From Nitrospirota bacterium (GTDB lineage Bacteria; Nitrospirota; UBA9217): a stretch of DNA of 64,000 bases. Below the pieces are notes generated by a model that worked only from the letters and a program-made list of their open reading frames with translations, was not told the origin of the DNA and ran no database searches. The stretch's first letter is position 1; each line of letters begins with the position of its first letter. This document shows, in pieces, positions 36,023 through 45,932 of the stretch. The stretch spans positions 128,001 to 192,000 of the forward strand of contig CAVVOB010000030.1 of NCBI GenBank assembly GCA_963749655.1. The letters are read 5' to 3'. A program made the position numbers and the translations under genes.

Positions 36023-37688
36023 TTATTGATCGAGCAGGTTTCTCACCTTGTGCAGCAGCTCGGCGGGAACAACCGGTTTTGACAGGAAGACCGAATCCTG
36101 GTCGGTGAGCGCACCGTTGCCGACCATGTCGGCAGTGTAACCGCTCGTGAAGATCGCGTCCAGCGTCGGGCCGGATCTTTTTCATTTCTTCGTAGACCGC
36201 GGTCCCCACCTTTTTGGGCATAATGACGTCGAGGATGACCAGGCCGATCTCGTCCTTATGTCCTGCGAACAGCTCCAGCGCTTCCTGGCCGTCCGAGGCC
36301 TCCAGAACGGAGTAGCCGAAGTTCTCCAGCACCAGCCGTGTCATGTTCCTGACGTCCGGATCGTCCTCTGCGAGCAGGATGGTCTCGGTCCCGCGCATCG
36401 GGGCGAGGGGCAATGCAGTCGCCTGTTTGGCGGCAACGGAACCTGCGGCGAGCAGGAATATCTTGAAGGTCGTCCCTATTCCCGGTTCGGTGTACACCGT
36501 GATATGGCCGCCCAGCTGCTGGATGATGCCGTAGACGACCGCAAGTCCCAGCCCCGTACCCTTGCCGACCTCTTTGGTCGTAAAGAAAGGGTCGAAGATT
36601 TTTTCCTTCGTATTTGCGTCCATGCCGGTCCCGGTGTCGGAAACAGTGACGATGACATACTCCCCGGGCGCGCCGAAGCCCAGTGTGCGGACATATTCCG
36701 CGGTCAACTCGACGCGCCGCGTCTCGATGGTGAATGAGCCCCCCTCGGGCATGGCGTCCCGCGCGTTGGTCGCAAGGTTCATGAGGACCTGTTCGATCTG
36801 GCCGGGATCCGCCATGATCGTCAGCGCACCCTCACCGACGGCCGTCCTGAGCTCGATGCGCTCGCCGATCAGCCGGCGCAGCAGGTCCGCCACGTTCCGG
36901 ATGACGTCGTTGAGATCGAGCGGTCGAGTCCTTATGACCTGTTTTCTGCTGAACGCGAGGAGCCCCTGGGTCAGGAGAGCGGCGCGGTCCGCCGCGGCAA
37001 TGAGCTGCACCGCATGGCGCCTCAGCGGATCGTCCTCCTTCATGTCCATGAGCAGGAGCTCTCCGTATCCGATGATGACGGAGAGAATGTTGTTGAAATC
37101 GTGGGCGATGCCTCCCGCAAGCTGTCCCACGGACTCCAGCCGCTGCGCGCGGTGGAGCTGGTCTTCGAGCCGCTTGCGTTCGAGCTCGCTTTTCCGTATG
37201 GCCCGGAGCGGCAGATTTCTGAGGATCACAAACGCGCCGATGGCCAGGGGCAGCATGGCGAGCGCGATCAGGCCGCTCCGCATCAGGACGGGACGGAGCG
37301 AGCGGGATATTTCCAGTCTGCCGACCATGACTCCCGCATCATACAACTCGACGGAGCGCTTGAGGACCGGGGATTGAAGGTCGACTGCGGTTTCCGCGAT
37401 CAATTCGTTCTCAATGTTCACCACGCGCCGCGTTTCGGGATCGCCCCTGTCCGGGCGATGCGACAGGTACTCCTTGATCCGCACCTGTTCGAACTCCCAC
37501 ATCCGGGGGTTCGTGCTGATGATCTGGGTGATGATCCGTGCGTTGATCTCAGCCTCGGTCTCGACGCTTCCCGCCATGTAGAGGTAGGTCAGAAAAAAAT
37601 AGCCGGCCGGGAACACGATCACGACCGTTCCGATCACGCTCGCCGAAAGCCAGCTCAGCAGTCTTGTAATGTTGGACACTGTAGGCAT
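36023..37688 (-). CDS. Hybrid sensor histidine kinase (frameshift near 36160)
   Basis: GIAHDFNN, MNLATNARDAM, DTGTGM, FTTK..GKGTGLGL; receiver LDVIMP; tail IFTSGY..KP in the shifted frame. Confidence 0.88.
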
Positions 37689-37699
37689 CGTTTACCGCA

Positions 37700-38543
37700 T
37701 CAGGACTTCGGAACCGGCAAGTTGCCCGCGGCTCGAAGCACTTTTCCCCCCTCGGGGGAAAGAATGAAATCTATGAACCTGCGCACCGCCGCCGACGGGG
37801 ACCGGTCTCGTCACCAGGGAAAGTGTTTTCGCATAGGGATAGGCTCCCGACGCAAGCGCGTCCGTGCTCGGAACAACGCCGTCCAGTGCAAGGATTTTCG
37901 CGCCGTGCTTTTCGGCAGTTACCTGAGCCAGCGTGGAAAAGCCGAGAGCACCGGGGGTTTTCTCGATGGTTTCAAGACAATCCTGGTCGGTGAGCGCCAC
38001 GATCATGCCCGGCCGCAAGCGCGCTGCATCCATGGCCGCCCGCATTCCCGGGGACAGGTTTTTGGCAAGCTCGGTATCGGTTTCGGTCTCCGGTCGGAGC
38101 ACGGGTCGGATGCGTTCGCCCTTCGGCCAGTGGAGTTGCTCGCCCCGGAAGATGCGCGCGAGTTCATCCAGCTGCAGTTCGTCCACAGGGACTTTGCGGC
38201 CTGCTGCCAGTATAAACGGGGTTTTTGCATAGGCGATGACCGACAGGTTCAAGCCTGTCTCGTCATTCTGGAGAGGCCTGCTGACGAGTCCGATGTCCAG
38301 GGCGCCCTTTGACACTGCCCTGATCGCTCCGCTGCTGCCCATGCTCGGCTGCACGTGGACCTTGACTCCCGGGTTGATCTTCTCGAAAGCGGCGCCGAGC
38401 AGGCGCATCGTGCCGAGCGCGCTGCCCGTGCCGCCGACTTCCAGGACTTCTGCTGCCGAAGCAGAAAAGCAGAAGATAAGACCTGCCGTCAGGACCAGGA
38501 TCGCGGCTGCACCGGTGCGGAGCCTTTGGACGTGCGAATACAT
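37700..38543 (-). CDS. PstS-like substrate-binding protein (frameshift near 37790)
   Basis: GGTGS, MGSSGAI.AV..G.LDIG..SR, SGAYP; tail RFIDFILSPEG in the shifted frame. Confidence 0.8.
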
Positions 38544-38698
38544 GTCGTACCCTCTTTATTGCCGTCAACAGCGGGGAAGATTGCGCTCTGGATCGGACCG
38601 GAGCGTCTGCGATATATAATAGCATAAGTGCGCAATAACCATTGGACTTCTTCTGAGGACCGTACCGTCATGCGAATGCCCTTGCGGGAGCGAAATTA

Positions 38699-39352
38699 TT
38701 ACGGTTCCAGTCGTTCGAAAAAAAATTTCACACCAAACTGTCTGCGTCTCACTGTACAGGCGGGTGCCCCATTTCCTTTAATCAGGTTGAGGTGGGACAC
38801 GACGGCGAAGTGGCGGTCATTGAAGGCGCATCCCTCCCTCCGAATGAAGGACCGGGAGTATTCGCTTCCGTGAAACTGATCAAAGGCGAAGAGTCCCAGA
38901 AATCCGGACGCGTCCTGCTGGAGACAGGAGCCGTAATACTCGATCTCCACCCAGGCGTGATCAATGACTGATCCGGAGTAATCCACTTCCCGGTCACGAT
39001 GCGGACATCCTGGGCGGGAATCCCATTGCCCGGTACAGGCTGCAAAGCAGAATGGCCTTGCCCAGGCAGCTGGCACGGCGTTCGGTTATGACTTCGCCGG
39101 CGGCAACGCGGGGAGGGAAGGATCGTAGATAATGCGGTCGCGGACATAGGCGAAGGCGTTCTCGGGCGTTTCGAGGTCGACTGCAAGGGTGCGAAGCGTC
39201 TTGTCGTTGGGCGTGACGAGCGACTGGAGATCGCGGGGATAGTTCACGATCATATCGTGGAACGCCCGGCAGCCGGCTTCTTGAGGCGGCTGCACAAAGC
39301 CGCACAGAAAAGCGACTGCGGCAATGACCAGCACCGTGACGACCCTGCGCAT
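38699..39352 (-). pseudogene. Transglutaminase-like protein with several frameshifts
   Basis: YVRDRIIY, SCLGKAILLCSLYRA, DHAWVE pieces lie in three frames. Confidence 0.7.
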
Positions 39353-39518
39353 GCAATGCTCCTTTCGGAAGGACGGCGGGGCTTACGTCTGAAGGGGAAC
39401 CACAAGATGGGACGAGCAGGATGTACGGCTATGACTGTAGCATGATTCTGCGGCAACTTCAACGAAAATTAGCAACGGGCAGGGTGGCCGGAGCTTGCAG
39501 CCGCGCATGCAGCGACGC

Positions 39519-40397
39519 TCACCGGGGGCGCGCCGCCGGCTCCAGTGCGCCTGCGGCGTTTTGATAGAACCACTGCACGGCTTTTTCAATGTTTCGCACA
39601 AGGCTGTCTTTTGCGTTTATGATGAAAATCCGGTTGCGGACCTGGAACAGCTCCCGCTCCATACGCTGCACCGGCTGCGCCTGGCGACGCCGGTCGAGCT
39701 CCTTCTCGAACATGGGCACGAGCTTGTCCTTCATGCGGAGCTCCGTATCCATCAGAAAAACGGAGATGGCCGGCGCCAGGTCGGAAACGCGGTCGAGGAA
39801 TGCCGCGATCTCGCCGTCGTAGATCTGTTTGGGCGGCGAGGATTTTACTTCAACGTACACGAGCGCGTTGTCGAGACGCGCGATCACATCATAGTCTCCC
39901 CCGATGTCCGGCCTCCTGAACTTCACGCCCCAGACGGTCTCGGCAAGGAATTCCCTCCGGAACACTTCAGCGATGTACCATTCCAGCGTCGGTCCGAAGC
40001 TCGTGACAGCGGCTCGTGACAGCACGAAGCCCTGCGGCCCTTTCTTGACGAGCTTCAGGGTCCGGAGGTAGTCGAGATAGTCACGAGTCACGGCGGGAGT
40101 AGCGTACCGGGTGACGTCCTTCAGAGTGAAGCCGTCCTGGTGCTTGATCACATCGCGGAGGAAGAGGCGGAAGGAATATTTGTGAAGCATCCGGTAGTAG
40201 CGGGTCTGGTGCTTTTTCGAAGGGATCAGGAGGCCGGCAGGGGGCTCCTTTTTGTACGGCCGGAATCCGCGGCGTTTCAGGAGGACGTCAAGGGACGGAG
40301 ACTGCCGGTTGAGCTCCCTGCGAAGCCGCTTTATCTCCGTCCGCAGATAGGCAAGCTCGTCACGTGTCTTGTCGTCAGGAGTGCGGCTCATGGTCAT
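39519..40397 (-). CDS. Hypothetical protein with wHTH-like region and PD-(D/E)xK nuclease-like domain
   Basis: GPTLEWY ... GGDYDVIA ... VYVEVKSSPPK. Confidence 0.65.
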   Translation of the reverse strand: MTMSRTPDDKTRDELAYLRTEIKRLRRELNRQSPSLDVLLKRRGFRPYKKEPPAGLLIPSKKHQTRYYRMLHKYSFRLFLRDVIKHQDGFTLKDVTRYATPAVTRDYLDYLRTLKLVKKGPQGFVLSRAAVTSFGPTLEWYIAEVFRREFLAETVWGVKFRRPDIGGDYDVIARLDNALVYVEVKSSPPKQIYDGEIAAFLDRVSDLAPAISVFLMDTELRMKDKLVPMFEKELDRRRQAQPVQRMERELFQVRNRIFIINAKDSLVRNIEKAVQWFYQNAAGALEPAARPR

Positions 40398-40473
40398 ACT
40401 CCGATGCCCGGCATGGGGTCCGGATCGACTGCCTCGCCGGGATATTGGTAAAAGCCCCCCGGTTATTTATGTT

Positions 40474-40546
40474 CGTCATTCCGGGCGTGACCCGGAATCC
40501 AGTGTCTTTTCGTGAGTCCTGGATTCCTGCCTTCGCAGGAATGACG
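40474..40546. repeat. Gene-less doublet (REPIN-like) of the GIY-YIG-flanking palindrome
   Basis: CGTCATTCCGGGCGTGACCCGGAATCCAG ... CTGGATTCCTGCCTTCGCAGGAATGACG. Confidence 0.88.
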
Positions 40547-40622
40547 TATTATGCGGCATTCTGAGTATTCTCTCGCAGCCTTCAATAGGGTCGTGTCGAT
40601 GCGGTCTTGTGCCGAAGGCTGG

Positions 40623-41324
40623 TCACTTCAGGATCACCCTCACATCCAGCGCGGCCGCGCTTCTGGCGTAGACGCGAACGGGGTTCATGTCGATCTCTTT
40701 GATATCGGGAAGGTCATTCAGGAGCTTCGAGAGGTTGGTGATGATCAGGTGGACCGCCTCTTCGTCCAGCGCCGATGCGCCGCGAAATCCCTTCAGGAGC
40801 ATGCCCGCCCTCGTCCGGGAGATCATGTCGGTCATCTCCTCGTGGCTGAGCGGAAGAATGCCGAAGACCGTGTCTTTCAGCGCTTCGACCCAGACGCCGC
40901 CCAGTCCGAAGGAAACAGCAGGGCCGAACTGGGGATCGCGCAGTCCGCCGATCAAGAGCTCGAGCCCCTGGGGCATCATCTTCTCGACCAGGAAGGAACG
41001 GATCACGGCGCCGGGCGAACGCGAGGCGATCATGTTCTTCATGGTCGTGACCGAAGCGGCCAGCCCCGCGCTGGTCGTGATGTTCAGGATCACGGCGCCG
41101 GCGTCCGTTTTATGGAGGATGTCGGAGGACACGGCTTTCAGCACCACGGGAAAGCCGAGCTTCTCGCCCGCGGCGACGACAGCTTCACGGTCGGCGGAGC
41201 CGGCCAGCTCGTGCCGTGGAACAATGATGCCGTAGGCGCGCACCAGCTCCTTGGCCTCGTGCTCGAAGAGGACGGTACGGCCGTCCTTTCGTACTGTCTG
41301 TATGATCTCTTCGGGAGTGGGCAT
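40623..41324 (-). CDS. ADP-forming acetate/acyl-CoA ligase beta subunit (ATP-grasp)
   Basis: GFPVVLK...ILHKTDAGAV, RDPQFGP, EIDMNPV. Confidence 0.9.
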   Translation of the reverse strand: MPTPEEIIQTVRKDGRTVLFEHEAKELVRAYGIIVPRHELAGSADREAVVAAGEKLGFPVVLKAVSSDILHKTDAGAVILNITTSAGLAASVTTMKNMIASRSPGAVIRSFLVEKMMPQGLELLIGGLRDPQFGPAVSFGLGGVWVEALKDTVFGILPLSHEEMTDMISRTRAGMLLKGFRGASALDEEAVHLIITNLSKLLNDLPDIKEIDMNPVRVYARSAAALDVRVILK

Positions 41325-41375
41325 ACGTTCGACCGGACCTCAACCGGGGCAGCATTACAGCAAACGGATAAAAAT

Positions 41376-41545
41376 ACAGACAGGATACACTCTGATTTCG
41401 GGGATTTGAAAATCCTGTTAATCCTAACCCGGACAAGCCGGAACCAAGAACGAAATGCACTTTCACCACGGATGAACACGGATGCACACGGATAAATAAC
41501 AGCTTGTTTGGTTTGATCCGTGGCCATCAGTGCCAATCCGTGGTA
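41376..41545. repeat. Stack of nested palindromic elements between acyl-CoA ligase subunit genes
   Basis: acaggat..atcctgttaatcct; aacccggacaagccggaacc; (CACGGATNNN)3 / (ATCMGTGNNN)3. Confidence 0.7.
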
Positions 41546-41635
41546 ATAAATGTTTAAGATTTTGTCGATATTTTGAGAAGAGTTCCACTCATAACTGACT
41601 GCTATTCCGTCAAAAGAGCCGTCTCTTCCCGGGGT

Positions 41636-43015
41636 CTATTTACATCCTTCCCTGTTTTTCGTCGCGCTTCTGAGCGCCGCAAGGGCGCGCACGGCGCGTT
41701 CAGGCGAGGGATATACGGGAATGCCGAGCTTCAGCAAGGCATTCATGGCCTCCCGTGTATAGCCCAGGCCCTGGAGAATGCAGCAGGTCACCGGTTTCTT
41801 TGCCTCATGGCACGCCCGGGCGATCTCTTCGGTGGCCTCTTCCGTTACCGTGGTTGCTCCCATGAGCACGATGACGATGGCGGCGTCATAATAGGGCAGC
41901 GCTTCCCTGAGGGCCGTTCGGTAGTCCCCGTTGGCGCCGCTGCCGGTGATGTCGATGGGATTGTTCTTTACGAAATAAGGAGGAAAAGCGCTGTCCAGCT
42001 TTGCCCGCGCTTCCTCGGGCATGCGGGGCATGGTAAAGCCTTCCCGCTCCGCCTGGTCCGACGCGGCGACGGCCATGCCGCCGCCGTTCGTGACTACGAG
42101 CAGCCGGTTCCCTACGCAGGGATAGTCCATGAGCGCGACGGCCTTTGCCGCATCGATCATGTGGTCGAACCCGAAGGCCTCCACGGCGCCCGCCTGGCGG
42201 AAGGCCGCTTCGTAGAGCCCGTAGGTCCCGGCGAGCGTTGCCGTGTGGGACGCCACAGCTGCTGCGCCCATCGAATGCTTTCCCGCCTTCCAGACGACGA
42301 GAGGTTTTTTGGACGCGAACGCCTTTGCCGCGTTCAGGAATTTTCTGCCGTCGGCCACCGATTCCATGTACATCGCGACCGCGCCGGTCAGGGGGTCTTC
42401 GGCAAGATAGTCGAGCGCATCGGCGTCATCGATGTCCAGCCGGTTCCCGTAGTTGATCGCCTTGGCAATGCCCAGGCCGTCTCGGGCGAGGGCTTCCATG
42501 AGGATGACGGTGATCGCGCCGCTCTGGGAGATGATGGACAGCCGTCCCTGCGTGGGGCGCGAAACCCGTTCGCGGGACACGAAAAAGCTGTCGAGGCCGT
42601 TGTCCGTGTTGTAGATGCCCAGCGCATTCGGCCCGATGACGCGGATCCCGTATTGTTTCGTCAGGTCCGCGATGCGCTGCTGCAGCCTCGTTCCCTCGTC
42701 TCCGGCCTCGGCATAGCCCGAACTGATGAGGATGATCCTACGGATGCCTTTGTCGCGCACCGCCTCGAGCTCCTGTTCCACGAGCCGCGCCGGCAGGGCG
42801 ATGATGGCAAGGTCTATCTCGTCGGGGACATCCCTGAGCGCGGGATAGCAGTGATGGCCCAGGAGCGTCCGGTGCTTCGGATTCACGGGGTAAACCGCAC
42901 CCTTGAAATGGGCGAGGTTTTCGAGAATGGCAGTGCCGGGCTTGGACGGGTTGTCCGTCGCACCGATCAAAGCAACGGTCCGGGGATAGAAAAAACCTTG
43001 GAGATCATGGGCCAT
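41636..43015 (-). CDS. ADP-forming acetate/acyl-CoA ligase alpha subunit
   Basis: ALIGAT, YPVNP, IGPNALG, SQSGA, ASHTATLAG, TNGGG, NNPIDITG. Confidence 0.9.
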   Translation of the reverse strand: MAHDLQGFFYPRTVALIGATDNPSKPGTAILENLAHFKGAVYPVNPKHRTLLGHHCYPALRDVPDEIDLAIIALPARLVEQELEAVRDKGIRRIILISSGYAEAGDEGTRLQQRIADLTKQYGIRVIGPNALGIYNTDNGLDSFFVSRERVSRPTQGRLSIISQSGAITVILMEALARDGLGIAKAINYGNRLDIDDADALDYLAEDPLTGAVAMYMESVADGRKFLNAAKAFASKKPLVVWKAGKHSMGAAAVASHTATLAGTYGLYEAAFRQAGAVEAFGFDHMIDAAKAVALMDYPCVGNRLLVVTNGGGMAVAASDQAEREGFTMPRMPEEARAKLDSAFPPYFVKNNPIDITGSGANGDYRTALREALPYYDAAIVIVLMGATTVTEEATEEIARACHEAKKPVTCCILQGLGYTREAMNALLKLGIPVYPSPERAVRALAALRSATKNREGCK

Positions 43016-43325
43016 AGTAAAAAAATAGCATCTTATCCTATGAATGTAAAGCATTGTTGAAGAAAACCTGCGGCCGGGAGGGCGATACGGACAGGGGGAA
43101 TTCGTCCTTCTTCCGGAGGTTTCAGAAAGGAATTGCGGGATGCCGAAAGAGCGCCTTTTTGCTGCTTCCGGACGATGATTTTATAAATAAAAATGTAAAC
43201 CCTATTGTAAAAAAAAATTTGACAACAGGCAGGCCTGCGCCGTATAGTATGCATCCAAAAATCGTCCTGCCGGACCGGTTCCGACAGTCCGATCAATCCG
43301 TTATTTTTTGTGAGGTGTCGTTTTC

Positions 43326-43685
43326 ATGAAGCTGGAAGATATTGCGATGAAGAGTCAGGGAATTGGAAGAAAAAACTGCTGGGAGCACAAGAACTGCGGC
43401 CGCTACCCCGGCGGCCCCCGGGCGCAGGAGCTGGGTATCTGCCCCGTTACCACGCACGAGGAACTTCACGGCGCGCACGGCGGCCGGAATGCGGGCAGGG
43501 CCTGTTGGGTGATAGCCGGGTCGCTTTGCGGCGGCAAGATCCAGGGGACCTATGCGCAGAAGCTGTCGAACTGCTGGCGCTGCGATTTTTTCAACGCCGT
43601 CAAGCAGGAAGAAGACCCCACGCAGCACGGCTTCTCCGCGACCCGCCTCGGAATGGAGCGGGTCATTGAGAAGGTGAAGGGGTAA
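43326..43685 (+). CDS. Two-CW domain Cys-rich protein
   Basis: NCWEHKNCGR, ICP, GRACWVIAGSLCGG, CWRCDFF. Confidence 0.8.
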   Translation: MKLEDIAMKSQGIGRKNCWEHKNCGRYPGGPRAQELGICPVTTHEELHGAHGGRNAGRACWVIAGSLCGGKIQGTYAQKLSNCWRCDFFNAVKQEEDPTQHGFSATRLGMERVIEKVKG

Positions 43686-43751
43686 GGAAGCGGTAAACGG
43701 TCAGCACTCGGCCGTCAGTTTGAGGCTGTGTCTTTCGAATGCTGCACAATG

Positions 43752-43780
43752 ACTGGATTCCTGCTTTCGCACGAATGACG
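43752..43780 (-). repeat. Solo copy of the GIY-YIG-flanking palindrome
   Basis: ACTGGATTCCTGCTTTCGCACGAATGACG. Confidence 0.8.
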
Positions 43781-43934
43781 CCCCTGTTCACAAGCAGCGT
43801 AGAGGCGTAGAGATGCTCCTCATGATGTACGGAACAGCTCCCTCAAGCCCGGCACCAAGTCATTTACCATCTGACTGCTGCCTCATATGATCAGCATCAT
43901 AGCGCGAAATTCCTGCGCGGTGTAGTATGGTATC

Positions 43935-44942
43935 GTGAAATCAAGCAGAACATACCTGCGCCCGCTTCGCTACCTGGTGCAGGCCGGATTCCTCCTCCTC
44001 ACGCTGTTCATCGGCTACCGATTCTACCAGTTCGTCCAGTATTACGAGGCGCCGGGCCATGCTTTTGTGGAGCGTCCGTCCTCGGTGGACGCCTTCCTGC
44101 CCATCGGCGGGCTCATGGCCTTCAAGTACTTCTTCCTGACCGGCACCGTGGACCCGGTCCATCCCTCTGGCTTCATCATGTTCGTCGCCATCCTCGGCGT
44201 TTCCCTTGTCATGAAGAAGGGCTTCTGCGGCTGGATCTGCCCCATCGGGACCGTGTCGCAGTACGTCTGGATGGCGGGGGAAAGGATCTTCGGCCGAAAC
44301 TTCAGGATCGCCGGGTTCACGGATATCTCGCTCCGTTCGTTCAAGTACGTGCTCATGGGCCTGTTCCTTCTCTTCATCGGCGTCATGCCGATGTGGTCCA
44401 TGGCCATGTTCTTCATCGGCGACTACTATAAGACTGTGGACGTGCGCATGATGAAGTTCTTTACCGAGATGACCACGGTCACGATGTGGGTGCTGATCGC
44501 GCTTGGCGGGCTTTCTCTTCTGTACAAGAACTTCTGGTGCCGGTACCTCTGCCCCTACGGCGCGCTGGCCGGCCTCTTGAGCAAGCTGAGCCCCGTCAAG
44601 ATCCGGCGCAACGAGGAAAAATGCGCCCACTGCCATGCCTGCACGACCCACTGCCCCACCAATATCGACGTGGAGAAGGAGACGGTCGTTGCGTCGGCGG
44701 AGTGCTTCGGCTGCCTCACCTGCGTGAGCCGATGCAAAGCAGCAGGCGCGCTCGATCTCACCGTGACCGCCGGGAAAAAGACCTCCGTCGTCAAACCCTG
44801 GCTCTTTCCGATTGCACTGCTCGCGCTGTTCTATCTCGTGGTCGGCCTGGGCATGGCGACCGGCAAGTGGCACTCGAAAGTTCCTGAAGAGGACTACAAA
44901 CAGTTGATCCCGGAAGTGCAGAAGGAATATTCACAGCAATGA
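43935..44942 (+). CDS. 4Fe-4S binding membrane protein (NapH/YccM-like)
   Basis: FCGWICPIG, WCRYLCPYG, CAHCHACTTHCP, CFGCLTCVSRC. Confidence 0.9.
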   Translation: MKSSRTYLRPLRYLVQAGFLLLTLFIGYRFYQFVQYYEAPGHAFVERPSSVDAFLPIGGLMAFKYFFLTGTVDPVHPSGFIMFVAILGVSLVMKKGFCGWICPIGTVSQYVWMAGERIFGRNFRIAGFTDISLRSFKYVLMGLFLLFIGVMPMWSMAMFFIGDYYKTVDVRMMKFFTEMTTVTMWVLIALGGLSLLYKNFWCRYLCPYGALAGLLSKLSPVKIRRNEEKCAHCHACTTHCPTNIDVEKETVVASAECFGCLTCVSRCKAAGALDLTVTAGKKTSVVKPWLFPIALLALFYLVVGLGMATGKWHSKVPEEDYKQLIPEVQKEYSQQ

Positions 44943-45178
44943 GTTCAATCCTGACGTTTTGATTCTTTGATGCGCCATTTCCGCAACGCACTGCGCATTT
45001 TTCGGCTCGACATCTCCAGGCGCAATTCTTTCTCTGCCGGCTTCCTTCCCTTTTTCTATATTGCGGACCATCACCGGACAACGGACAATCGCCAGGTAGG
45101 AGAAGCGCGTCCAAATCTCTCTTGCATTTTCTCATGATCTATAATATTCTTGTTTATCAAAGGAAAAGGACGCCATCG

Positions 45179-45496
45179 ATGACAGAGAAGGACGCAGAAA
45201 TAGCGCGGGAGCTCAAACAGAGGCTGTCGGCGGAGGTCGGGTTGATAGACTTCAAAGTTTTCGGCTCGCGCGCGCGGGGCGACGCAGACGAATATTCGGA
45301 CATGGATGTTTTTGTCGAGTTGGAATCACTGGACGGCGCTCTGAAGGCAAAAATCTCCGACATCGTGTGGGAAGTGGGTTTCCGACACGACATGGTCATT
45401 GTGCCCCTGATTTTCACTCGTTACGAGATTGAAGATTCACCTCTTCGCTCCTCCGCCATTGTAAAAAACATTGCAGAAGAAGGGGTCGCTGTATGA
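45179..45496 (+). CDS. Minimal nucleotidyltransferase (MNT) antitoxin
   Basis: FGSRARGD...SDMDV. Confidence 0.88.
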   Translation: MTEKDAEIARELKQRLSAEVGLIDFKVFGSRARGDADEYSDMDVFVELESLDGALKAKISDIVWEVGFRHDMVIVPLIFTRYEIEDSPLRSSAIVKNIAEEGVAV

Positions 45497-45894
45497 CGGA
45501 CAGCGAGGCGCTTCTCGCATTCCGGATGCGCGAGGCCGAGGAAACCCTCAGGGACGCCGAGAGAATGCTGGAAAGCGGCCTCAGTCCCCGCTCGATCGCG
45601 AACCGGGCCTATTATGCTATGTTTTATTCCGTGCTGGCGCTCTTTCTGAAGGCGAACGTCGCAATTAAAACCTCTAAACATGCGGGAGTCATATCAGTAT
45701 TCGACAAGGAGTTCGTCCATACCGGGATGATTGACGCGCATTTCTCGAAAATCCTCCACAAAACCTTTGAAGCACGCCAAACCATCGACTATAAAGAACT
45801 TGTTGAAGTCACCGTTGAAGAAGCCGCAGTCCACGTCAAGGGAGCGCGGGAATTCCAGTCCGCCGTGAGGAAGTTTATCGCGGCATCCAGGTGA
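45493..45894 (+). CDS. HEPN domain protein (MNT-HEPN pair)
   Basis: NRAYYAMFY, SKHAGVI..F, RQTIDY; ATGA overlap. Confidence 0.88.
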   Translation: MTDSEALLAFRMREAEETLRDAERMLESGLSPRSIANRAYYAMFYSVLALFLKANVAIKTSKHAGVISVFDKEFVHTGMIDAHFSKILHKTFEARQTIDYKELVEVTVEEAAVHVKGAREFQSAVRKFIAASR

Positions 45895-45932
45895 CGCGCT
45901 CCCATTGCAGGCACGGGGAACCCGGGTGATTT

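Noticed and set aside
43206-43226. Rex operator upstream of the two-CW gene
   Set aside because: TTGTAAA..TTTGACAA spacing is longer than the 18-bp consensus; the A-run length is also unreliable.
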